Below are positions 56,734 to 64,000 of a DNA stretch of 64,000 bases, in pieces. How positions within the stretch are numbered: position 1 is the first letter of the stretch; every line of letters begins with the position of its first letter. Source of the DNA: Amaricoccus sp. Its GTDB lineage: Bacteria; Pseudomonadota; Alphaproteobacteria; Rhodobacterales; Rhodobacteraceae. The translations under genes were made by a program, and so were the position numbers. The stretch is taken from contig CBDEVG010000045.1 of the NCBI GenBank assembly GCA_965243535.1, forward strand, positions 294,955 through 358,954. Reading direction: 5' to 3'. The notes beneath the pieces were generated by a model. It worked only from the letters and a program-made list of their open reading frames with translations, searched no databases and was not told the origin of the DNA.

Positions 56734-57780
56734 TCAGAGCCGCATGAGGGCGGCGCCCCAGTTGAGGCCGGCGCCGAGCGCGAGGAAGCAGATCAGGTGG
56801 CCTTCCTTGAGGCGGCCGTCGCGGCGCATCTCGTCGACGAGGATCGGGATCGTGCCCGCCGACGTGTTGCCGTAGTTGGCGATGTTCGACGGCACCTTCG
56901 CCTCGGGCACGCCGAGCGACTGGCGCACCGAGGCGTTGATTCGATCGTTGGCCTGGTGGGCGACGAACCAGTCGATCTGATCGAGCGTCACGCCGGCTTT
57001 CTCGCACACCTCGCGCACGGCCTTCGGCAAGAGCGTCACCGCGCTCTTGAAGAGGTCCTTGCCCTTCATCGTGGGCACGTGCGAGTCCGCGACGGCGTCC
57101 CAGTAGTGACGCTTCGTGAACATGCCGCCGGGCACCCAGATCTGATCGGCGACGCGCCCATCGGAGTGGTTCGCCGCCGCGAGGAAGCCGTGACCTGCGT
57201 GCGGGCTCTTGCGCACCACGAGCGCGCCCGCGCCATCGCCGAAGAGCACGGCGGTGCCGCGGTGCTTCGTGGCGAACTCGTACTCCTCCGGCGTGACCTC
57301 GCGATCGCTCGTGCCGAGCAGAACGTCCCACGCGTACGGCATGAAGCCGGCGTGGGCCTCTGCGCCGACGATCATCACGGTGCGCGCAGCACCGGAACCG
57401 ATGAGGCCGTCCGCGAGCTGCATGCTGAAGGGCATCGCCGCGCACTGCTGCCGGATGTCCAGCGCGGGCACGCCGGGGATGCCGAGCTTGGCGCCGAAGA
57501 GCGCGCCCGAGCCGGGGAACACGTGCTCGGGCGTCATCGTCGCGAAGATGATGTAGTCGATCTCCGCTCGATCGACGCTCGCCGACTCGAGCGCCTGCAG
57601 CGCGGCCGGCACAGCGAGGTCGGACACGCCCTGGCCTTCTTCGACGTAGTGCCGCTGCGCGATGCCGGAGCGCGGACGGATCCACTCGTCGTTCGTGTCC
57701 ATCACCTTCGAGAGCTGGTCGTTCGTGACTGGGGTGCCCGGGAAGAAGCGCCCCGAGCCGATGATCGTCGTGCCCGGCAT
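56734..57780 (-). CDS. fabH: 3-oxoacyl-ACP synthase III (FabH)
   Basis: Start MPGTTIIGSGRFFPGTPVTNDQLSK. FabH motifs AHQANDRI and GNTSAGTIP, and C-terminal FLALGAGLNWGAALMRL. 348 aa. Confidence 0.8.
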   Translation of the reverse strand: MPGTTIIGSGRFFPGTPVTNDQLSKVMDTNDEWIRPRSGIAQRHYVEEGQGVSDLAVPAALQALESASVDRAEIDYIIFATMTPEHVFPGSGALFGAKLGIPGVPALDIRQQCAAMPFSMQLADGLIGSGAARTVMIVGAEAHAGFMPYAWDVLLGTSDREVTPEEYEFATKHRGTAVLFGDGAGALVVRKSPHAGHGFLAAANHSDGRVADQIWVPGGMFTKRHYWDAVADSHVPTMKGKDLFKSAVTLLPKAVREVCEKAGVTLDQIDWFVAHQANDRINASVRQSLGVPEAKVPSNIANYGNTSAGTIPILVDEMRRDGRLKEGHLICFLALGAGLNWGAALMRL

Positions 57781-57979
57781 GGGGGCGACGCATACCACGC
57801 AGCACGCACGCCACACACGAGGCGTCCCGGCTTCGCCGTTCTTCACGCGGACTTCAGGGTTCGCAGAAGAAATGACCGGCGTTCGTCGTACGTTCCAAGC
57901 CGCACGCGGTAGTCTCGGTCTGCGCGGCAGAGGTCGCGTACGAAGTGCGACGCGCCTCCCACCCAAGAGAGCCACGACC

Positions 57980-58873
57980 ATGAGCGACACGTTGAGCTTC
58001 GGGGACTTCGTCGAGAAGCAGCGCAGTGGCGGCTACGGGCGCGCGGACGACGCGCGCTACGCCTACTCCGCGGACCTCGCGATGCTGCGCGGGTTCTCGC
58101 GCGTGCGGCCCGTCGAGATCGCGGCGGCCACCGTGGTGCGCATGAACAAGGAGTTCCTGCGCGGGACGCTGCTCGGGTCGACCGTGAAGGTCACCGAGAG
58201 GCAGTTCCCATCGCTCTACAAGCTCGTCGCGAAGTGTGCAGCGACGCTTCAGGTGCCGGTGCCACAGGTGTACGTCGCCAACAGTCCGGTGATGAACGCT
58301 TTCACGTTCGGCACCGAGGACGACTCGTTCATCGTGCTGCACTCGGCGCTCGTCGACGCGTTCTCGGAGAAGGAGCTCCTCTTCGTGATCGGCCACGAGA
58401 CGGGCCACATCCAGAACAAGCACGTCGTCTACAGCACCGCGCTCGTGCTCTTGCAGCGGATGGCCGAGATGTTCGTCGGACCGCTCATCCTGCCGGCGGT
58501 CGTCGCGCTGAACGCGTGGTACCGCCGCGCGGAGATCACGTGTGATCGTGCGGGCCTGCTCTGCTCGCAGGATCTCGACTCGGCCTCGCGCTCGTTCATC
58601 AAGCTCGCCGTCGGCAGCAAGCGCCTCTCGGACGAGGTCGACATGACCGAGTTCCTCGCGCAGCACGACGAAGGGCAGGGCTCGATGGGTCGCTACATGG
58701 AGGCCTTCTCGAGCCACCCGTACTTGCCGAAGCGCATCAAGGCCCTGCAGGCCTTTGCGGAGAGCGAGCTCTACCGAACCGCGATCGGGCAGAGCGGCGG
58801 AAGCACGATCGAGCAGGTCGACGAGAAGACCAGCGCGATCATCAGCATGGATGGAAAGGAATCTGCGACATGA
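57980..58873 (+). CDS. M48-family zinc metallopeptidase (HtpX/Ste24-like)
   Basis: HEXXH in FVIGHETGHIQNKH. 297 aa. Its stop overlaps the start of the dynamin-like gene (ATGA). Confidence 0.75.
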   Translation: MSDTLSFGDFVEKQRSGGYGRADDARYAYSADLAMLRGFSRVRPVEIAAATVVRMNKEFLRGTLLGSTVKVTERQFPSLYKLVAKCAATLQVPVPQVYVANSPVMNAFTFGTEDDSFIVLHSALVDAFSEKELLFVIGHETGHIQNKHVVYSTALVLLQRMAEMFVGPLILPAVVALNAWYRRAEITCDRAGLLCSQDLDSASRSFIKLAVGSKRLSDEVDMTEFLAQHDEGQGSMGRYMEAFSSHPYLPKRIKALQAFAESELYRTAIGQSGGSTIEQVDEKTSAIISMDGKESAT

Positions 58874-60684
58874 CGGATGCTCCCGAGTCTCATCGCCTGG
58901 GCGCGGCGGACTATCAAGCCAAGCGCGGCAAGGTGCTCGACATGCTGCGAGAGGTCGCGATCCTCTCCGAGGACACCGGCGCCGCGACGTTGGCGAAGAA
59001 GCTTCGTGACGATCGCATTCCGCGCCTCGAGGAAGAGAAGTTCCACCTCGTGGTCCTCGGTGAGTTCAACCACGGCAAGACGACGTTCGTGAACGCGCTG
59101 CTCGGCGCGCCCGTGCTGCCGATGGGTGTCACGCCGACGACCGCCGTGATCCACCAGGTCGTACACGGCGTGCGCGGCGCGAAGGCGATCATGGAGAGCG
59201 GCGAGTCGAAGATCGTGCCGTTCGACGAGGTCGGTAGCTACGTGGTGGGCGGCAGCGCGACGACCGATGCCGTGCGCTACCTCGAGGTCCACTACCCCAG
59301 CGCCCTCTTGAACATGGGCAGCGGCGAGGCCGCGGGTGGCGGCGTGGTGCTCGTCGACACGCCTGGCGTGAACGATCTCAACTCGACGCGCGCCGAGATC
59401 ACGTACAGCTACGTGCCCAAGGCCGACGCGATCCTCTTCCTCCTCGATGCGGGCCAGATCCTGAAGGAGAGCGAGCGCACCTTCCTCGCGAACAAGCTGC
59501 TCAGCCAGTCGCGCGACAAGGTGCTCTTCGTCATCAACAAGATCGATCTCCTCGACGAGGACGAGAAGCAGCAGGCGCTCTCGTACGCCAAGACCCAGCT
59601 CGCGAAGCTCGTCGTCGAGCCGCGCGTGTACGCGGTGAGCGCGGAGAAGGCGCTCGCCGGCGAGCGCGAGGCGTCGGGCCTCGGCGCGCTCGAGCGCGAC
59701 CTCGTGAAGTTCCTCGAGGAGGATCGCGGTCGCGTGCTGCTCGACAACGCGCTCGACGAGGGCCTGCGCACCGCCGTCACGCTCCGCCGGGGCATGGACG
59801 TGCAGAAGCAGGCGCTCTTGCTCGATCACGGCGAGCTCGAGAAGCGCCTCGCGACGCTCGAGCAAGATCTCTCGAGCACGCGCGACTCGCACGCGCGGCG
59901 GGAGCAGAAGATCCGCGAGTCGCTCGCGGGCATCAAGGCGCTCGTACGCAAGGAGTGCGAGGAGTTCGGCAAGCGTTTCTCGGCGTCGCTGCCCGCCGAG
60001 ATCGAGTCGAGCAAGGCGGATGACCTCAAGCGGTACCTGCCGAACTTCATGGAGGAGCGGTTCCGCAACTTCGCCGATCGTCAGGGCCTCGAGCTCGCCA
60101 AGCGCCTCGAGCGCGTGGCCGAAGAGGCGATCGCGTTCGTGAGCGAAGAGGCGCGGGCGAAGGGCGAGAAGATCGCAGAGGCCTTCCCCGGCGCACCGAA
60201 GGTGGACCTCCAGGTCTCGACGCTCGCGTACGACGTGGGCGTGATCGCGCTCGGCGCGTTCGGCCTCACGGTGATGGCGGTGTCGAACATCTTCGTCGGC
60301 GGCGCGATGGCGCTCGCGGCGCCGGTGCTCGCGTACGTGTTCCGCGAGCGCGCGGATCGGGACCTCAAGAAGCGCGCGATGGAAGAAGCGCCGCAGGCCG
60401 TGGAGAAGGCCGCCGGTGATCTCGCGACGGCCTTCGAGCAGCAGATCGACGAGTTCGGCGACAAGCTCGTCGACTTCGTGAAGAACGCGAGCGAGGAGCT
60501 CACGCAGTCGATGGCCGAGGTCGTTCGGCACGCCAAGGTCGCGCAGCAGCGCGGTGAGGGCGAGGTCGGCCGCGTGCGCGAGGAGACGGGCATGGCCCTC
60601 TCGCGGCTGGGCATCGTCGAGCAGGAGATGGGCGCGCTGCGCACGTCGCTCTGGGCCAACGGCTCGGGCGCAGCGCCCAACTGA
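58870..60684 (+). CDS. Bacterial dynamin-like GTPase (BDLP/DynA-LeoA family)
   Basis: G1 GEFNHGKTTFVNALLG, G3 DTPG, G4 NKID. Long helical stalk, and a hydrophobic paddle-like segment VGVIALGAFGLTVMAVSNIFVGGAMALAAPVLAYVF. 604 aa. Confidence 0.8.
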   Translation: MTDAPESHRLGAADYQAKRGKVLDMLREVAILSEDTGAATLAKKLRDDRIPRLEEEKFHLVVLGEFNHGKTTFVNALLGAPVLPMGVTPTTAVIHQVVHGVRGAKAIMESGESKIVPFDEVGSYVVGGSATTDAVRYLEVHYPSALLNMGSGEAAGGGVVLVDTPGVNDLNSTRAEITYSYVPKADAILFLLDAGQILKESERTFLANKLLSQSRDKVLFVINKIDLLDEDEKQQALSYAKTQLAKLVVEPRVYAVSAEKALAGEREASGLGALERDLVKFLEEDRGRVLLDNALDEGLRTAVTLRRGMDVQKQALLLDHGELEKRLATLEQDLSSTRDSHARREQKIRESLAGIKALVRKECEEFGKRFSASLPAEIESSKADDLKRYLPNFMEERFRNFADRQGLELAKRLERVAEEAIAFVSEEARAKGEKIAEAFPGAPKVDLQVSTLAYDVGVIALGAFGLTVMAVSNIFVGGAMALAAPVLAYVFRERADRDLKKRAMEEAPQAVEKAAGDLATAFEQQIDEFGDKLVDFVKNASEELTQSMAEVVRHAKVAQQRGEGEVGRVREETGMALSRLGIVEQEMGALRTSLWANGSGAAPN

Positions 60685-60753
60685 TCGACTCGCGCACACC
60701 AACGTTCGAACGCCGCGCGGAGCGATCCACGCGGCGTTCGTGCTCCGTCTCGT

Positions 60754-62613
60754 TCAGCGTGTCTCGAGGTAGGCGACGAGCGCGGCGCGCTCGCGCTCCG
60801 TGACCTCGACTGCGTGACGATCGAGCGCGTCCTCGAGGTCCAGCGCGCGGCCATCGGTGAGGTACGGCGCGCGGGCGGCGATGCCCGCCAGCGGCGGCGT
60901 GAGCGCGGTACCCGTCGCGATCTCGTGGAGCTGACGATCGGTCCCGAGCTCGCCCGCGTGACAGCTCGCGCACGCCTCGCGCGCGAAGAGGGCTTCACCT
61001 TCGGCGACGAGCTCGGGCGTCGCGCTGATGCCGCGCGGCGTGGCCGGCATCGCCGCGAGCCAGCGCTCGAGGGCGTCGGTGCGCGCGTCGTCGAGCGGCG
61101 GGGCGTCCATCTGCGGCTCGAGCCCGCGGAGCAGAGCCTCGAAGCTCGGGACGTTGCCTGCACGGTGGTAGGGCGGAAGGCCCACCACGCCCTCGAGCGT
61201 CTGCGTGCGGATCGAGCCCGTAGCCATGAAGGTCCACACGTGACCGTCGTCACCGCCGCCGGGATGACAGGTCGCGCACGCGATCGTGCCACCGAGATCC
61301 ATGTGGAAGAGCTGGTGGCCCGTGTCCGCGACCGGCTCGCCGCCGAGCGCGATCACCTCGCGGCGATCATCTTCGCCGATCACGAGCGTGGAGGGCTCGC
61401 GCGTCTGGACCACCATCGTCTCGCCCGCGAACGCGACCGAGACGACCTGCCCGGGGAAACGACGGCGCTCTTCGCCGGGCAGGCACTCCGTTCGATTGCG
61501 AGGGCTGCGCATCACGTCCCCGACGACCGCGGAGATCACCTGCGGGCCCGCGCTGTAGCGACCTCCCGGATCGCCCGCGAGCGCGACGGCGACACGACCG
61601 CTCGAGGACACCGCGAGATCGACCGGCGTCACGCCGCGACGCAGCGGCATGCCTGCAGCCAACGCCGCACCGTCGGCGCTCAGCACGGACACGCTCACGT
61701 GCGCGACGGCGTTGTCGCAGGGGTCCTGCCACGTGACGAAGCCATCCGACGTGGGCCGCGACGAGTAGCTGTACGTCGAGGCCGGCGCGCGCACGACGGA
61801 CTCCGGACCCACACGCGCGCGCTGATGGAGCACCAGCGCGCCCGACGGCAGACCGACGAGGCGCACCGCCGTGTTCGCCTCGTAGGTCTGCTCGAGCTCG
61901 GGGCTCGCGGGCGAGCTGAGCTGCGAGGGTGGCAACGTCCGAGGCTCGCCGACGGTTCCATCTGCGAGCACGCGCACCGTCTCGGCGCTGCGGAAGCGCG
62001 AGACCAGGAGCGCGCCGTCCACGACCGACACGTCTCGCAGATCGCCGCCGACGTACACGCTGCGGTCGCGAGCCCGCGCAGGGCCGAGGGTGACGAGCGT
62101 TCCGTCGGCGCACGCGACGTGGAGGCGATCGCCTTCGGCCTCGTAGGCCAGACCGCGCGGCGCATCGCAGACCTCGCGTCGTGCGATCTCGGTCATCGTG
62201 TCGGGATCGATCTCGATCACGAGACCCGCGCGACGCGCGAGCGCGTGCACGTGACCCGAGCTGTCTTCCACCATGCGCCCGAGCTCGAGGTGCGAGCCGT
62301 CCGACGGACGCGTGAGGCGCAGCTCGCGTGTCGCTCCGCTCGCGAGCTCGACCCGCACGACGCGATCCCGATCGGGATCGCCGGCGATCACGTGCGCGCG
62401 ATCGGCGAGGACGAGCAGCGTGCCTCCGTGGATCGCAGGCGGCGCATCCGCGAGCGTCACGACGTCCTCCGCGAGCCAGCCGTCGTCGCGGTTGAAGCCA
62501 CACCCAGGAGCGAGGCCTGTCAGCGCGGACAGACAGGAGAGGACGGTGACCGCGTGCTCACGACTTCGCATGCGGCATGCGACGCGCGGCCCGGAGGATC
62601 GATTCATGTGCAT
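60754..62613 (-). CDS. Lipoprotein with N-terminal beta-propeller-like region and C-terminal di-heme cytochrome c peroxidase (CCP/MauG)-like domain
   Basis: Likely start MHMNRSS... with lipobox LTGLAPGC. Two heme motifs CATCH and CASCH, and a CCP-like C-terminus PYLTDGRALDLEDALDRH. Confidence 0.6.
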   Translation of the reverse strand: MHMNRSSGPRVACRMRSREHAVTVLSCLSALTGLAPGCGFNRDDGWLAEDVVTLADAPPAIHGGTLLVLADRAHVIAGDPDRDRVVRVELASGATRELRLTRPSDGSHLELGRMVEDSSGHVHALARRAGLVIEIDPDTMTEIARREVCDAPRGLAYEAEGDRLHVACADGTLVTLGPARARDRSVYVGGDLRDVSVVDGALLVSRFRSAETVRVLADGTVGEPRTLPPSQLSSPASPELEQTYEANTAVRLVGLPSGALVLHQRARVGPESVVRAPASTYSYSSRPTSDGFVTWQDPCDNAVAHVSVSVLSADGAALAAGMPLRRGVTPVDLAVSSSGRVAVALAGDPGGRYSAGPQVISAVVGDVMRSPRNRTECLPGEERRRFPGQVVSVAFAGETMVVQTREPSTLVIGEDDRREVIALGGEPVADTGHQLFHMDLGGTIACATCHPGGGDDGHVWTFMATGSIRTQTLEGVVGLPPYHRAGNVPSFEALLRGLEPQMDAPPLDDARTDALERWLAAMPATPRGISATPELVAEGEALFAREACASCHAGELGTDRQLHEIATGTALTPPLAGIAARAPYLTDGRALDLEDALDRHAVEVTERERAALVAYLETR

Positions 62614-62636
62614 CGCAAGTCTCCGCGAGCTCGGGT

Positions 62637-63680
62637 TCAAGGTCGGACGTGGAGGCCGAGACCGACGTGCGGTCCGGCGTAGGTCGTGGCCTCGCAGACG
62701 AGGCCGAAGCGGCACACGGGCTGGTACGAGACGGCCGATCCGCCTGCGAGCAAGGCGAGGCCGACACCGCGGCGCACGGCGCCTTCGGGCCACCACACGA
62801 CGCCGATCTCGCCGAGGGACACGCCCGACATGCCGTAGAACGCGCGCGCCAGGATCTCCACCGAGTCGATCGGCAAGGACGCGAACGCATCGAGGTTGAA
62901 GTCGATCTCGTCGTCGTTGGGGAAGGCCACGAGCACGCTCGCGCCTGCGTGGAAGTCATCGACCGCGCCGAAGGTCAGGCGCATCGCGAGCGCGGCGGCC
63001 TCGCGTTGCTGCACGCCTTCCGCGCGCCGCGAGAGCGTCGTCGCGCCGCCACCGATGCCGAACGACACGAAGCCGATGTCGTAGCCGACGGTGAGCTGCA
63101 CAGCGCCCGCGAGCAGCCCACCGCCGATGCCGCCTGCCAGGCCCATCGGCGCGCCGTCGAGCCGGAACACGAGACCCCCGAGCTCGTCGAAGCGCGCGGC
63201 CACCCACGCGTCGGCCACCAGACCTTGCCCGTCGGGGCCGATCATCGCGCGGGCGTGGAAGCCGAAGTCCCAGTCCACCGGCGGGATGGGCACCTCTTGA
63301 TCATCGACGCGCCACACGACGCGCCCGCCGCACGAGCCGCCGGAATAGCAGCCGAGTGCGAGGTGGTGCGTGCCCGTGCGCGTCGCGCGGAACGAGATGC
63401 GTGAGCCCAGGCCGCCGCACGCGTCGTCGCTGTACGCGACGTCAGCCCCATCCGGATCACGGAGGCGGAGCGTGGTGTCGAAGTCGTGTCGCGCGCCGCT
63501 CATGCCGCACGTGCCGGCTGCGATCCACTCGCCCGCGCGCAGCTCGATGGGGATGAGCGTGTCGGCCACGTGCTCGGCGGAGCCCGACCGTGACTCGCTC
63601 TCGGCGAGCACGCGTGCGCTGCTCGACGCGATCGCGAACGCGACGAAGGCGAGGACACGGACGGCGACCCGCGGGCGCAC
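62637..63680 (-). CDS. Secreted hypothetical protein (Gly-rich, possible beta-barrel)
   Basis: Protein-like part starts near VRPRVAVRVLAFVAFAIASSSARVLA (GTG, signal peptide). The listed N-terminal 68 aa are Arg-rich junk. No family recognised. Confidence 0.35.
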   Translation of the reverse strand: MRPRVAVRVLAFVAFAIASSSARVLAESESRSGSAEHVADTLIPIELRAGEWIAAGTCGMSGARHDFDTTLRLRDPDGADVAYSDDACGGLGSRISFRATRTGTHHLALGCYSGGSCGGRVVWRVDDQEVPIPPVDWDFGFHARAMIGPDGQGLVADAWVAARFDELGGLVFRLDGAPMGLAGGIGGGLLAGAVQLTVGYDIGFVSFGIGGGATTLSRRAEGVQQREAAALAMRLTFGAVDDFHAGASVLVAFPNDDEIDFNLDAFASLPIDSVEILARAFYGMSGVSLGEIGVVWWPEGAVRRGVGLALLAGGSAVSYQPVCRFGLVCEATTYAGPHVGLGLHVRP

Positions 63681-63733
63681 GTCGAGGAGATGACACGCAG
63701 CCTCGCGCGGCGCGAGCGCGCGCGCGTGAGTGT

Positions 63734-64000
63734 TCAGTAAGGAACTGTGAAGGACGTGCCGGCGTAGCACCCCTGGAAGGTCGTCTCCGCGAGACCGGTG
63801 AGACCGCGGATCGCGGCGATCGTGCGCCGGATGTCGCTGCCGCCGGTGTTGTGCTCGGGCTCCCACCCGAAGCCGAAGTCGCACGCGTCGATCACCTCGG
63901 GCGTGACGCCCGCAGGCAGGCCCGTGACGATCGACGCGATGCCGCCGGGGAAGTCGCTGACGAGCACGCGCTCGATCGTCGCGCCCGGCTCGATCGTGAG
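63734..64000 (-). CDS. Hypothetical protein, C-terminal fragment (start beyond window end)
   Basis: Minus-strand frame open to the window edge, ending ...GCYAGTSFTVPY* at 63734. No family recognised. Confidence 0.3.
   Translation of the reverse strand, partial: LTIEPGATIERVLVSDFPGGIASIVTGLPAGVTPEVIDACDFGFGWEPEHNTGGSDIRRTIAAIRGLTGLAETTFQGCYAGTSFTVPY

Overview
High-GC 64-kb window with two compositionally and phylogenetically distinct halves. Positions 1 to about 14.1 kb look alphaproteobacterial: a sugar-utilisation locus (CUT2 ABC permeases, a D-psicose/D-tagatose 3-epimerase-family ketose 3-epimerase, a LacI regulator with tandem palindromic operators, a complete CUT1 ABC transporter and a GH32-like hydrolase), then a THUMP-domain RNA methyltransferase, MaoC dehydratase, metF (with an apparent homopolymer frameshift), a small PF13769-like protein and a HAD hydrolase. 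From about 14.1 kb to the end the DNA looks myxobacterial (Polyangiaceae-like: many gcgcgc runs, MopE-type Cys-rich lipoproteins, MYXO-CTERM-like tail, Ser/Thr-kinase/sigma-54-activator fusion). It carries a U32 peptidase, a chorismate-mutase-like gene, an apparently frameshifted STK-TPR-GAF-sigma54 regulator, PlsC, a receiver domain, lipB, an aminotransferase, cytochromes c and TrmH. The three standout modules are (i) an NfeD/YqiJ-like + flotillin pair followed by a 1779-aa protein with a single MoxR/AAA_5-type ATPase domain and a Cys-rich MYXO-CTERM-like protein, which I regard as the best candidate for an undescribed system; (ii) a 7-gene minus-strand operon linked by GTGA/ATGA start-stop overlaps (KAS III, ATP-grasp, NAD-epimerase/dehydratase, MBL hydrolase, PaaK/F390-synthetase-like adenylating enzyme, FemAB/GNAT-like transferase, membrane protein), divergent from a DrrAB-type ABC exporter; (iii) a translationally coupled M48 peptidase + dynamin-like GTPase pair. 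No rRNA, tRNA, CRISPR or transposase was recognised. Many long ORFs in the six-frame track are antisense 'shadow' ORFs typical of >68% GC DNA and were not called.
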